In this document: one piece after another, positions 49,410-63,632 of the stretch | Position numbering within the stretch: position 1 is the first letter of the stretch | Layout of the letters: every line of letters starts with the position of its first letter | Assembly (NCBI GenBank): GCA_964247055.1 | Contig: OZ176053.1 | Span: 1,550,001-1,614,000, forward strand | Direction: 5' to 3' | Length of the DNA stretch: 64,000 nt | Source: Paragordius varius | Lineage: Eukaryota > Animalia > Nematomorpha | Made by a program: the position numbers and the translations under genes | The notes under the pieces: generated by a model | Seen by the model: only the letters and a program-made list of their open reading frames with translations | Told to the model about the DNA's origin: nothing | The model's database searches: none

Positions 49410-50946
49410 CAAATTTATGGTTATACTTTCCATATCTATATATTTATCAAATATTAGTCATATAAATAAATCTATGCATATGGTTTGACAAAAAACTGCC
49501 ATTCGCATGGTGCTTTTAGTTTTGAGGCTTAAGAGGAATTTATGCAATTAATTTTCCATTGCCACAATATTCTATAAAATACTGTTTCATCTTTTAATAA
49601 AACTTGTTAATGTATTATAGTGATACTCACACCGCGTCCTGCAGTCCTAAAAGTCTTTTTTTGGCCGTGAATTTATTAAATTTTTGGTGTATTTGCGCAT
49701 AAATTCTGCTGTGTCATTGTGAGACATTCATCTGTATTTTGTGGTGCACTGCCCTTGAGACAAGATAGATATTTTTTGAAGCCCTTTAAATTTTTTTGAG
49801 GTGAGTATTACAGGTTTAAAAGATAAGGATCATTCATGTATTTTAAATTTATTAAGCAGCAGTAAACTGTTGTTAATTTAGAATAGAACAAAAAATAGGA
49901 TGATTTTTTATTAAAAATTGTGTCCCCTAAAAAAGTACTTTTGTTTCGACCATCTCACAGTGAACCCGAAAAGAGCGCAAAAATCGTGAAGATTAAACCT
50001 AACGAACTTATATTATCCAGTAAAATAAATTAAAAAATTTTTATGATGGAGAAAAACATAATAGCCTATTTAGCATAGCATTTCCCATTTTACAATAGAT
50101 TAAAATACAGAAAGGCTTTTCGTGGCATTTGCTCAATTTTGTAAGTTTAAGCTTAAAAGGAATGATAAATATTTAGTTACAAAGTCGCTTTTGAAAATTC
50201 CCACATATTATTTACAGCTATGTAAGAGATTAAAACATTTATGAATACATTTTAATTGCACATTCAGAATATAATTTAAAATATCCCATATAACTATGTT
50301 CATTAATTTTAATTGGCGCTGCTTATTCACTTCAGCAAGATTGTTGTTACTTTCAATATGTATTCTCATTTTAAACCTCTAAGTAAAGACTTTTATATTT
50401 TTTGCAGAAAAAATAAGAGCCATCGTTTTTGCATTTAATGTTTTTTAGTTTATTTTTATTAATTGCTATTGGAAAAGATTACAATAAGTATCCATTTAAA
50501 AAATTTAAAGGTCGATTTTTGATTTGTAACTAAACATTCATTAAATAAAATTTAAAAAGTTTATTTGTATCATTAATGTGTATAAAAAAATATGATAAAC
50601 TTATTTTATAGGGGTTAAACTTTAATTTATTGAGCAATCTTATATATTATAGAGATATAATTAATTATTGGATGCAATTAAAAGTTAAAAAAATTGTAAT
50701 CTTTATTAAGTTAATTTACCGGTTATTAATGCATTGAAGGCGCTAGAGCTCTAAATAACCTATCATTTTTTATCATTGGAGATTTAACATTAAAGTTTGC
50801 AACCAAATATTTATATTTGGTTAAGATGGTTAATTACTACATATCAATCACGAGGAAAAAAAACCAAACCTTTCTACAAATCCAAATTATATAATTTGTA
50901 TCTAAATAATATATAAAATTTATTAAAGTTGGTTTCATCTTTATGT

Positions 50947-51796
50947 TCATTTAGTATCAACACTCTCGGTTTGTAATCCTATTAAGTATAAAGAAATATC
51001 ATATATTTAAAAATATGAAAAACGGGAACATTGATTTAAAATACGAGATTGCTTTTAAATTGACTAAATATGTAGCAAATGTGATAAAAACAACTTATTT
51101 AAAATGCTAAAACTCAAAAAATGCTCAATAAATTATAGGAATAATTAAAAAACAACCAATTTTAAATCAAAAATTTTTTATTGTAAAATATAAGAAAAGT
51201 AACCATGAATTTGAAAGTTTAAATTAAAAATAACAAAAAATAAATATACCCTTGTACGAAGTTACTGGAACATGTGTCACCAATGTATAAAGCTTATTAG
51301 GGCTATCCTCGTCCTCATTCCTTTTACGGGCCAATCTAACTCTCACACGAAACGGAACGCTCCTAATTAAAAAATAATTTCCTAAAATCTTATGATTAGG
51401 ATTAACTAGGTTCTCTATATAATTAGACATAAGCTGTCAAAGAAATTTTTTTTTCAATAAATTATAAAGCGTATTTGTATCCAAATGTAAAAATATTAAC
51501 AAATGTCATTAATCGAAATTTAAAATTAATTTTTAATTTAATATACCTAATTCCACGGGACCATATTTGCCGATTGAGTTTAACGTCAATCCTAACATCA
51601 TCAGTCCCCATTGTTTGTTTAGCGAACTTTTTAATTTCTTTTATAGCACGTGGTGCTCGATAACGCCAACCACTTTACATTAATAATAAAAAACTTACAC
51701 CCCATGAATTCTTTTGTGCAAATTTATTGTGTGCTCACGAGTTACAACTTCATTTAAGGATTTGGTTTTTTTGGATATTTTCTTTTTACCAGCCAT
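50947..51796 (-). CDS. RPL31: 60S ribosomal protein L31 (eL31), 4 exons (51796-51699, 51672-51547, 51362-51250, 50978-50947)
   Basis: [35 protein letters not shown]...[43 protein letters not shown]; introns of 26, 184 and 271 nt; TGA stop. Confidence 0.96.
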
Positions 51797-52342
51797 ATGA
51801 GGAGGAAAAAGGGCGTACTATTTAAAGTAAATATTATGTCTTTTTAAATATAATTTATAAATTATATGAAAGATTCGATAATCCATTTAATTTGGTTTAT
51901 ATGTTAGATTAATTATAATATTTAAAAATGGGCATGTCTTAATCTAATATTAGCATTTAAATTTAGTGTATTTTACCACTTTCACGTCAATATTATTATA
52001 AAATATGATAGATACAACGGGTTATAATAACTTCTTAAATATTAGGAACAGATTATTAAAAGTAGAGCGATGATTTGGCAACTTTTCCCTATTATATTTT
52101 AGTTATAACATTAAATTTACACTTCAGACGTTTTATTGTGCATATATATGGTCACTTTTTTGGTCTTAGATTTTTCAAATTTAATATCACAAGATAGTTT
52201 TGGTAAATTAAGGTTTTAATTACTTAAATTGTTTTATAGTAATAACAAATTAAACTTTTGACCTTAAATCCAATTGAAGTAAAAAGTTTTTTACAATTAA
52301 TGTTAACAAAAATTAGCTATGATAATTATTTTCATTATTTAA

Positions 52343-52836
52343 CAGTTTATTATTTTGTATTCTACTTTACTTTTTGGGTTAGTATATATTTAAGGACTTA
52401 AAAGTTATTTTGACATAAAAATTAATTATCAAACATTCTTCTCATGTATTTAATAAAAATGCTTATATTTACAGTTTTGTGACTTCTGTCTAAACTTAAA
52501 ACACAAAACACGATTGAAACGAATAGCTGATATTAAAAACAAAATATATCAAGTTTTTGCTGGTATGTAACCTAAAAGCTTCTTAATGTTAAATACTTAC
52601 ATTTTCTAACCATAATATACATTTATTCTGTTTCATTAGCGAATTAAAAAAATTTATAGTAAGCGGCAAATAAGTTTGAGATGAGTTTTTTAATTTACAT
52701 TAAAAATTTTATTATAAATTGCCCCTAAAAGACTCAACAAAGAATATTTTTAATTTCGGTTTAATAAAATACTTATTAAGATATTCAAATCTCAAATCGC
52801 TCTGAGATATAAAACTCTCCAAAAGGTAATGGAGTG
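52343..52836. mobile_element. MITE family F, inverted copy
   Basis: Ends CCAAAAGGTAATGGAGTG|TTAA; reverse complement of 22279-22802. Confidence 0.7.
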
Positions 52837-53413
52837 TTAATACAGTATAATCACTTAAAGAAACAAAAGAATATGATAGCATTTAACATTTAATAAAATA
52901 TTTATTTGTAAAAATGCCCCCAAAACTTTTTTTTACCTAGTTTAATATTAAAACGTTATTTAGATTATTATACTCTCATAAGTTTTTCGTTTGTTTTGCC
53001 AGACTTGCGTTAAATTTTTTAAAATACTGTAAAAATAATATAATTAAAAGACAAATTATCGATTCATTAATATCTTTATTTTCAAGTTTTAGTTCTTGAT
53101 CATATATTCACATAGATATAAATTTTGAGTTTAGAGCTCTCATAGAACCAAAAACAAATACAATGATAGAAATTAAATTGCTTTTCAAATTTTTTAAATA
53201 TATCCAAAAACAATTTTATATATTATTGGAAAAAACTGCATGTTAACAGTGATTAATTTCATCTAACATACAAATTTCATAATAAATCATCAGATCTTAA
53301 CTTATAATTCTAATAAAATTTTATACATTATAGTAAAAATAATTTTGTGTGATTTAAGATTCAAAATATAAATGGAGATTTAATGTTATAGATTTATAAT
53401 ATAAAACATTCAC

Positions 53414-53720
53414 GCTAAATCCTATTTGCCACCTCCCCGCGGAGTTAGCAGACTGAAGATGCGCTTAAGACGGCCAGCTTCCTAATGATCTGCAAAACCA
53501 ATAGTTCTGCACAAGGCTAGGTGTAAAAATCGACCTAACCATATAATTTTACTGCCAACTAAGTCCTATTACCACCTCGCCGTGGTGTTGGTTGGGGGAA
53601 GAAAATCCATTAACGGCAAAGTCCATATTTCTAATTCTGTAAAATTATTAGTTGTACACAAGGGCATGTATTACATAAGCCGTCTCAACTGACCATGAAG
53701 GAATATAATGGATATGATAA
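53414..53720 (+). mobile_element. Older copy of the ribozyme-associated short retroposon, with two tandem degenerate HDV-like cores
   Basis: CCTATTTGCC-ACC-TCCCCGC-GG-AGTTAGC (53421-53449) and CCTATTACC-ACC-TCGCCGT-GGT-GTTGGT-T-GG (53565-53595); tail AAGGGCAT...CTCAA...CCATGAAG...GATATGAT as in the 17524-17757 copy. Confidence 0.55.
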
Positions 53721-54319
53721 TTTCGTGGAAAGAAAACTACGATTCCTGTCATATTATTACCTAAATCTCATCATATTTTATAGAATAAACTTTAATCAAA
53801 TAAGCGCGATATATTGGGTGCGCTGTGTTTTTTGTACAAATGTTGTAATTACAAACGAAAACTATATTTGTTAATCAATGTTATATAAAACTGGTAACAT
53901 AACGAATACATTAAAGATTGAATGTTCAATTGATATATCTCCGTCAGTGGAAAAATGATATACTTAATGATAAAATATATCTAAAAATCAATATTAATAA
54001 TGATATACAAATATCGTTTCGTTAAAAATTATTTATTTAACAAATACAGCATTGCACTATGGTATAGTATAGAGTTTTGATTATGCAACAATGTTATATA
54101 CAAAATATTTAATATTATAAAGGCAGATAATAAATATTTCCTGATTAGTTGTGATCATGTAAACCAATTCTTGTTGTAATCTTCATCAATCTATTGGTAA
54201 ACATATTAGTATCAATAAGGGTTAATGTTAAAATTAATGATGCGAAACATAAAAAAGTGTTCAAAATATTATTTATAATCATTCAAAAAGCTACTTATTT
54301 TGTGAATGAAAACTTTATA

Positions 54320-54549
54320 TACCATTTACAATTCAATCCTTGAACAATTTAAATACCCTCGAACGATTCAATTTCACCGGATTAAACATTACATATATTG
54401 TTTTATATTTTTTAAAAAAAGAAAAGTTTAAATTTGAAATAACACTGAAAAAATAAATTATGCCAAGATATATTTCATTTTAATAATAATTTATATTAGC
54501 CCCATAACACATAATTTATTTTTAGGGTGAATTTGAATTATAAATGGTA
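54320..54549. mobile_element. MITE family A, intact copy ~120 nt downstream of the TMX3 stop
   Basis: TA|TACCATTTACAATTC ... GAATTATAAATGGTA|TA. Confidence 0.85.
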
Positions 54550-54669
54550 TATCAAAGCCAACCTCATTTAGAATTTAGAATCACTTTGTAAAAATAAATT
54601 TCGGTTAAAAATAGCAGGCATTGTTTTAATCATACCATTTTGCTTTTTATTATTCCCATGGTTATAAGA

Positions 54670-57580
54670 TCATTTTATATTGGGTGGTAAATTACGACGT
54701 TTCCGTAAGTGTTCATTAGAGTCTAATTCGACATCATCGCCTCGAATATCAGAAGAGATTGGTATTTCATTTGTAATTTCACGTACACTATTATAATCAT
54801 GCTGATAATTTAAAGCAGTCGCCATCATATTTTCCCTTTCAGATGTAGTTGAAATTGTTGAGGTATTGCTACTATAATTATCACTATCATATTCTAAATG
54901 TTCTAACTCTTCCTCATTCTCGGATGATTCGTGTGTTGAATTCGAGCCAGAGATCAGGGCCCAAAAAACAAAGGAAAATAAACCGATAGGTAAGCCAAAT
55001 ATAATGGTTGATAAAATGGGTTGTGCCATAAACATGTCCTATTACATACAAATTGTAAAAAATTACAGTGAAAACTAAAATTCTTCGGGGAAAACGTAAA
55101 AATATACTAAAGAACAACCATACTTTTTAAATTTTGATTTATTTCAATATAACACTCATTGTTTTGAATGGCAAAGCGTGAATTAGAGATAGATATATAA
55201 TTCAAACACAATCAATTCTATATTTACAATTGTAACAAAGTAGTAGCTTATATGGGAAGTATTTAGGTTTTAAAAAGTATGGTTTTCTTTTAGATAAAAA
55301 TATGTTTTTATATTTTTATGTTTTGTCCGTATAATTTCAATTTTTACTGTAATAAAAACTATAATTTTATTTTATAACAAATTTATACATTAAGTATTGT
55401 GAAAAATGTTTTAATATAACTTCAAAGTTTTTATATGTTTTGATTAATAAAAATATTTTTTAGAATACTGATAGAACATTACTTTTTTTATGCCTTTAAA
55501 TATAAGAGCCGATGGTGTAAAATAAATAAAAAACTGATTCATGTTTTAGAAAAAACCAATAATTATAATCATATTTCTTAAAATTGATTCATTAATCATT
55601 AGATAAAACAATACCTTAATTGTTTTGTAAATTTTAAAGGTTTGTCGATATATTTTGGCCGTCAAGGATCTACCCCCTTTTCGATCAAAATGCATCGTTC
55701 CAATAGTAAATGTTTGTGTCGTATAATTTGCCTCTAACATATGGTAATCAGTAATGAACTGTAAAAAATCCAAAAAATCACGATAAAGTCGATTATCTGG
55801 AGTTTTTTCAATTAATGTTGTTTCGTTCATGAAATTAATTTTGGCAGTAGGAAACGTAAAGTAAGAGAGATCAGTTAAATTATATGCTAGAATGAATGGG
55901 GGATCCAGTTCTGAACTTATTAATTGAGATATGTAATCTTTATCGGAGGTGTAGGTAAACCAATATTTGCTAATGTGAAAAATATAAAAGTTAAGATCAA
56001 AAAAATGGGAAAAATATTTTACTGTGCGACATATTTATAATAAAGATTCGATAAGTAAGCTATTAAAACTTACGAATCGAATTTGGGTTTATGATTGAGA
56101 GCAATATCTTCAACCATATCGTAGTATGACTTGTGTTGCGGATTAACTTGGTTGTTTATATAAGTCTGTAAAACAATATAAAGAGGTTACTATATATATA
56201 AATATCCTTAAAACTTTATTGCTTAAAGTTTATTAATAAACTATAAAAGGTTGTTGCCAAAAAATTAATTAACTAAATGGCGTCAATTAATTTTAGTGTT
56301 GAGGAGTTTATAGAAAAGTGTCACGCTTAATAAGAAAAAGTGATAGGAAATCAAAAATAATTAGAAAATTAAAAACCAAAGATAAATTATTGAAATATGA
56401 TTAAATAATAGTCCTAATATCCAGACAATTAATCGTAAAAAAAATTAATTAAATAAATTTTATTGATTGAAGTGTTAACATTTATAATCAAAAATTTCCC
56501 ATTTTTTATGGAAATTAATTCAATATCCTCAATATATATATATAAAGTTTTGCGTTTCGTTTTCCTAAAATCATACCTGAATGTAAGTTATAATAAGTAA
56601 TTTGTGACACCAAACAGCTCCATCAATAATTTCCCAATCTAAGCGAAAAAAACTTGGAAAACGTTGACATCGGACCCAAGTATATAAGTCTTCAACATTT
56701 ACCATATTATTGGGTTCAGTCGTACAGAGTTGCGTTAATTCAGAATCTATTTTTTTGGATTTTTATATGAAGTAAAAAACTTAAATTAAATTAATTAATG
56801 TTAAACGCATCACCCCATAATCAAAATGATATAATTAAATTAAATTCTTATACTATGATGACATGTTATAAAATTTCTCATTTTGTCCACACAACATATA
56901 AAGATGTATAATTTAAGGTAAATCCTCTTTTCATCAAAAAAATGTTATACTAAATCGTTTATAAAATATGTAAAATTTATTATTTTGTATAATTATAACA
57001 AGCATATAAAAGCAAAATAAAAATGCTTTAGTGTTAATTAAATAATTTTACATGTACCGTCAAACTTTGGAAAATTATTTAATTTAGTTTTCTTGCTTGT
57101 AAATTAATTATTAAACCTAAAAAATAATAAATACCAGTCAAATTTGTATTATCTTCCGTGGTACAATATTGTTGTAAGTTGTTACGAGTTAAATAAGGAT
57201 AAATGCGATTGTCTTTAAAAACAAAGTAAACAGGATCTGTAAGCACAAAATTTGACCCAACTTCGGATGAATTCGTTAATGCTTTCTGTTTTTGAACAGG
57301 GGCTTTAAGTATATTTTTGTAATCCTAAATAAGAAAAAACAGAAAAAACTAAAATTATTTATGCAAAAAACCTATTTTTACTGAAAAATTGAATAAAAAA
57401 ATATTTTTATCAATACCATAGGTAAATGATTTGCATTCATTTCGTAGAAATATGTGGTAGTGTATAATTCTTTGGCTACATGTGCAAAAGCGTCCTGTAA
57501 ATTGATATTTAAAATTAAGTTTTCCTATAAAGTTTCGTCCGTACTACTTTTAAAAAGAGTTAATTTTTATAAAGAAAGTT

Positions 57581-57612
<32 letters not shown>

Positions 57613-59353
57613 TATGGTCTTTTAAAATTATCCGATATGTACATTTCGAGGATAAACTGCCATATAAGCGAAATAAAAATTGAAAATGCATCCAAAATAA
57701 CCCCGACAAACGCACATACAATTCTTGATTAGGCGCATTTTGCTGAAGTTTATAATATCGATAAACGACCATTAAGAATAAATTATCGAGCGTCTAAGGT
57801 ATATCTTTATAATATTTATATAAAAAGTGTTCGTATGTCCATATAACTTTCATTGTGATTTTTACCTTTTCCAACAAATATTATCGTATTACATGTCTCT
57901 AACTGAAGTCGTAGAGTTAAGAGGGTATTATATATTACACACAAATAAGCTTACACATTGAAAATCCAGGTATTGTTGTAAAATGAAACGGTTAAATCTC
58001 ACAAAAGATGGATATCTGTTCTTAGCTAATTATTACCTATTCCTAAACAAATCTAAAAGTTAAAAATTTCCATACAAAACAACTAAAATTGACCAATATG
58101 ATCATAAGATATTATTACAATATTATAAATGTTCTCAAATTAATAACCAAATAAGAATAAGTAACTGGGCATTTTGCTTTTTCCGATATATTGCGTACGA
58201 ACATTAATTGATTTTTATAATCCATTCTTAAACTCCTTAAATGAACAAATTATGGATCAATATTGTCATACTTTAATTTGTAAATTATAATATATTAATA
58301 TAAAATGCTTTACGTATTTATATTTAAGTTATAAAAAGTATTTTTAAACCAAATTTTATTTTATACCTTTAAATGATTATCGGTTTGATCAGGCTGTCGA
58401 ACATGTAAGAAAAAAACACCATTTCCATGCACATTCATTAACTTTTCAAAATGGTTGACCGAACTAATTTGGCGCACAGGGGGCCCTTTAACTTTGTCTA
58501 TAAACACTAAAATGTTTTCTATGTCACGAGCCCCGGTATAAGTATGTTGAGTTTTTCCTTTATTCGTTATGCTATTATGAGACATAAAAATAAATTGGAT
58601 GTTTTAGTAAAACATTAATTATTCAGAACTAGAGCGGGTTTGTTTTCGAGGTCCACCTTTTTAAACTAAAAAATAATTTTAGTGTCATGGTTTATAATAG
58701 ATTTCCAAAATTTTTTTATATGTTATATAGCTTAAAACATTGAAAAAATTTAATAAAATTTCATTTAAAAAAACATTAGAATCAAGTTAAATTTACTTTG
58801 GTACCGTTTTGTTGCAACATTACCGTTTAATAAAAATAATAGCCCCGGTTCTATATAACTAATCCTTGAGTAAAGTAATATTTTACAATATATTGTAAAA
58901 GATTAAAAATCAGTTATACCTATGTTCCTTAAATTAAGATGTTGCCTATAAAAATTATTAAATAATAATCTTAACAATTTGTCTAAATTATCCGAAATCA
59001 GTAGATTAAATTACAAAATGATAGTGGGAAATCCCTGGATATCAAAATGTGAAGCCACTGCTCTATGCATTGTCGCATCAATTCTGGCAACATTGATATC
59101 TGATTGATGTAAAATGTTATATAATTTGATCCAGGTTGGCTCAATTTCTCTACAATGTCCACACCATGGTGCATAAAACTAAAGAATGAAGCAAAAAATA
59201 TACCAATACTAGCCAGTTACCATTCACGTATTCATTCAAAAAGCTTATGTTTAAGTCAAAAAATTAATACTTTCCATTTAGATCAAATATTTTATTTCCT
59301 GATGAAACCCATAACCCGTAAATAGCCCATAAAAATAAATACAACACTATCAT
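54670..59353 (-). CDS. TMX3: Thioredoxin-related transmembrane protein 3 (PDI family), 10 exons (59353-59271, 59243-59204, 59178-59015, 58571-58367, 57494-57417, 57324-57135, 56746-56577, 56165-56074, 55969-55615, 55038-54670)
   Basis: Signal peptide, WLVLFYAPWCGHC, VARIDAT, GFPTI, YTGARD, DLYTWVRCQRFP, GGRSL..KIYR, FGLPIGLFSFVFWAL TM and acidic tail; introns of 27, 25, 443, 872, 92, 388, 411, 104 and 576 nt. Confidence 0.9.
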
Positions 59354-60409
59354 GTGTTGATCCACATGATTTTGAATATGTGTGATCAAAGAAAAACGGT
59401 ATATTATTAACACATCGATTCAAATTAAGGTGCCGAAATACTTGTTTATTTAATTAAAGATATAATTAAATTTTTCTGTTAAATCACATCCAACATTGAT
59501 AGAAATAAATATTGGTTTATTTTGCAATATTTTTTAATTTAGCCAATTCACACATGTTACGTTGACTAAGTTTTTACCTGAGATTGTAATTTAAATATCC
59601 CTTTTAGGCGCATTATACAATTTTTATTAAAAAAGGAAAAATTGCATAAAATCCTCATCTCAAACTTTGTCTCTCTATTTTTTTAAATTGCTCATGCAAA
59701 AGTCAGATAAATTATATTATACAGATGTAATTAATTAAAAGGCTTTCAGACTATATTTTAGCCGGAAAAGTTTTATATTTTAGTTTATTGTAGCTGTTTG
59801 TTTCAATCGTGCTTCGGATCTGTAATTTTAATAAAAGTCACTTAAACTGTAAAAAATAAGCCTTTTTCTAAAACATGAAAACAATGTCTGAAAATAAATA
59901 AAATAATTTTTATAACTAGAGTTTATTTCATACTTGAACTTCAGCATTGAACACTATACCAATAAATTTAGAAGGTATTAAAATTTTTATTTTTATTGTT
60001 ACCTTTTCATTTATTGTTAATACGGTAACATTTGGGATACTTTTGTATTCCAAAGCTTAAAAGATTCGGAAGTTGTTTTGGTTAAGATTAAATGATTAAG
60101 CATTGTTCTTCGGTATTAAATAAAAATTTTACATTCTAACAGTTTTCAACCTCCACATAATCGAAATATCCAAAATCCGATTTCAAACAGCTGATTATAA
60201 ACTTGAACAATTTACTCTAACACTTTCATTTTAAAAATTTCAAATTGTAATTATTTAATTTTATGACCATATTATTATTTAGGATAAAAAATCGGAAAAA
60301 ATGACAGTAAAAATTTTCAGAAGCGGAATCAAATTTTTTAATATTCTTGAATGATTGGACTAATATGCCAAAATGCGCGTATTTTAAAATTTATAATACT
60401 TTTTTTAAT

Positions 60410-61260
60410 GTCACATTATTACCTTTTGGATTAGTTTTATATCCCATGATTTGAAATATAAATTTTCAAACACTATTTAAGAATTAAACCGAATATTAAA
60501 ATATTCTTAGCCTTTTAACGCATTATACATTAAATTTTTTAATAAATGTAAAATTTTGAAAAATCCTCATCTCACACATTTTCGGTGCCATTTAAATTTT
60601 TTAGAATCGGTAATGCAACACGCAAATAAATGTGTATTATAGAAAATGTAAAAAAGTAATTTTTAGAAGCTCTTAGGCTATATTTTACCAGAAAAAAACC
60701 TTATATATTTTGATTTTAATATAACATGTTTGTTTCAATGTTTTATCTTGTCCCGATAAACTCTGGAACGGGTGTTCAACACAAATGGCTCTGCAGGTCG
60801 CATTAAAACTGGCCGCATTCCAAATATATATGTATATATATATATATATATTAATATATATAGGCATTTATAAAATTAGATTTCAAACATAAAATTATGA
60901 AAAGAAAACGGAATGTAACAATTTTTTTGATTCTTGATATTTGGATAGACATATTTTAAAAAAATTGTTTTAGGAATATCAATTTTACCAAGATTTTGTG
61001 AACATGTTTTGCAAATTATGGATTCTGATTTTTTGCAGACCTCTCAGAAAGTCTCACAAGGCCGCATGCGGCCCGTGGGCCGCGCGTTGGCCACCTTTGC
61101 TCAAAAGATGTAAAAAATATATTCTCTATCTAATACATGAAAAATTTTTGATAATTAGGATATAATTAAAATAGTTATCAAAGTAGTTAATTTACGATGA
61201 GCTTGGGATGTTAAACTACTTTAATATACTAGGACAAAAAGTGAAAATATGAAATGGTAT
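60410..61260. mobile_element. MITE family F split by a nested hAT-type MITE
   Basis: Left half (TTACCTTTTGG...ATCTCACAC...TTTCAATG) and right half (CTAATACATGA...CTAGGACAAAAAGTGAAA) flank 60769-61099. Confidence 0.6.
60769..61099. mobile_element. hAT-type MITE
   Basis: GGGTGTTCAACACAAATGG...GGCCGCAT left arm and GGCCGCATGCGGCCCGTGGGCCGCGCGTTGGCCACC right arm. Confidence 0.65.
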
Positions 61261-61436
61261 TCATATGTAAATCACTCTGAGATTAAAAAATTACCTTAAG
61301 ATAATTTTAGCATTATGTCAGCCTTTGGATAATAAAATGCTAATGATTAGACAAAATTCATGGATATAATATAAAATTTAAATATAATGGTACTGTCCCA
61401 CCTTTCCCATATTCCCAATCTTTTAATAATATAAAG

Positions 61437-61723
61437 CCGGGGTGTCTAAAGTGGTGACCGCGGCATCTCAAAAAATGACCGTCTAAAAATATTTAAAATT
61501 TTTTTTAGCACTTTATATTTTTTAGCCTTAAGGTGTAACTAAATAATTATTATTAATTAGCGTAAATCTTGGGGGCAGGGGGGAGAGCAAATTTTTTTGC
61601 CATACTGCACTCCAATTAATTTATCATGATCTCATAATTTTGGCGAAAAATAGCCTCAAAAAAATATTGATGAGCATAATCCTCTCATGACATTTTGACC
61701 TTCGTCACCGGTTAGATGCCCGG
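61437..61723. mobile_element. hAT-type MITE
   Basis: CCGGGGTGTCTAAAGTGGTGAC / GTCACCGGTTAGATGCCCGG imperfect TIRs; TSD not evident. Confidence 0.55.
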
Positions 61724-62099
61724 AGAAATTTAGGAGTCCTGTTTAGATAATGTAAATCCATATGGCTCAGAGACAGAAATTTTCAAAGATATTTAAGAAA
61801 TTAATCAGTATATCTATTAAACATAAGGAACAGGCCTTTAAACCCTTTGGGACTGTCCTCAAATTGATCACTTTTCCATTCTATATAACTATATATCGTC
61901 AACAAAATTACAATAACTATAAATTATTATCGTAGTTCCAATAATTCAAAATTAATATCCAATCAAAAGAGGATTTATAATAGAATAATTCGCTTCTAAT
62001 GGGGTTAATGTTATATACATTTAGCCTGTAGCAAAGAAAAACGCAAATCCGTTTATTTTAACACATATATTGGCAACTGATGGCAGCCTAGCTTATAGA

Positions 62100-63632
62100 G
62101 TCAAACCTTTTTAGTGCGGACTTATTTTGTGATTTGACCCTTATATTACCTCTTTTTGTGCGATTTAAACCTTTTTAACTTTTTTTGTGCGGATATTTTT
62201 TTTGTTATAAATTAAAATAAAACCGATTTTTTTAATATTTTTTTGCCCAATATAACTATATTTAAAAATATTAAGAACACTTATTAAAAAACCACCGAAA
62301 AACTTTTTTGTGCGAAATTTTCATGGATTCCATATGTTCCTATAAGTTATTAGAAAAATTGCTTCAAAACTAAAAAATTGTTCTATGGGGGCGCTTTAGG
62401 GCGCAAAACCTTACTTAGCGACTCATTAAAATAACGTACTAAAATATTTGTTTTTTTAAGGGGAATAAATATTTTAGAGCCTTATTGAACTCACATTGTC
62501 TCATAGGTTTGCTGAAACTTGGCTTCAAAGGCATGCTGTATCGATATGCTGACGCAGTTTTTCGCCGGTAGCCCGCTATAGGGGCGAAACAAAAAAACGC
62601 TCGATTAAAAATTTTCCCTTAATTCGGGTAATACCTGGATTCATATTTAATTTCTCGTGGAATTTTCGATAATTGCCTCAAAACCAAAAAGTCATTCTAT
62701 GGTGGCGCCTTTTTCAGGGTAAGGGCCTAAATAAGGGGTAATTAATCAAACCGCTCCAATTTGTCTTTTTACGGGTAATATTTTAAGCCCTTATTGATTT
62801 CATATGGCCTTTTCTAAAATTTGTCTCTAAGTCATGCTGTATCGATATGGTGGCGCAGTTGTAGGCGGGTAGCCCAGTTCCCAGAGGCCAAAAGAAATCG
62901 ATAAAAAAATTTGCCTTTATAGGGGAAAACCTAGAATAATCATTCAAACATGTTCGTAATAGTCTTTGGAAGAATAGCTTAAAAAATAATAGGTCAATAG
63001 CGCATTTTTTAGGACGTAAAGGGCCTAATTAACGGCTAATTTTCAAAACGTACGGCAATTTTTGCCTTGTTACGGGAAATATTTTAAGCATCTTTTGAAC
63101 TCATATGGCCTGTTTTCTGAAATTTTGCCCCAAAGCCACGCTATTTCGATATGATGGGTCAGTTTTTAGCGGGAATCTCCATACCCAGCAGCCAATATAA
63201 AAAACGCACGACCAAAATTTTTGCCTTCGAATAGGGAATATCTGGAATCCTCATTAAATTTTTACGGTCTCATACCCTGGGCGAAAAATATATTCAAAAA
63301 ATTATTTTTGTGAACAGTTTTTTTGAAAAAAATGGCATTTTACGGGAGGGGTAAAAAGGGGGCCTAAATTAAAAAAGCGAGCTGATGTTCGGCGCAATCG
63401 AAAATAAATTAAAAAAAATATTTAAAATCGAATGTTCCAACACAATTTTTGTGGATTCGAGTTTCACAACCGTTTTTACACGAGGTGGGCCCGAACTGGG
63501 GGCCTAATTCAAAAAAAGGGCGAAGCTATTCGGGGCATTCATTAATGATTATATTTTTTCGTTTGTATTTAAATGGGTCTTCCATTCCGGAAACAGATCA
63601 CAGAGCAGGCATTTTCCATTTTTATAAATAGA
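62100..63632 (-). mobile_element. Helitron-like element with ~300-bp internal tandem repeats
   Basis: Minus-strand 5' end A|TCTATTTATAAAAATGG at 63632; three or more diverged units starting AATATTTT at ~62470, 62778 and 63078; 3' terminus not identified. Confidence 0.6.

Noticed and set aside
49620-49806. GC-enriched segment ending in a textbook GAG|GTGAGT donor
   Set aside because: All three plus frames contain stops and no family could be assigned; possibly a non-coding exon or TE relic.
50979-51546. Intronic snoRNA in RPL31 introns
   Set aside because: No convincing C/D box pair or H/ACA hairpins visible.
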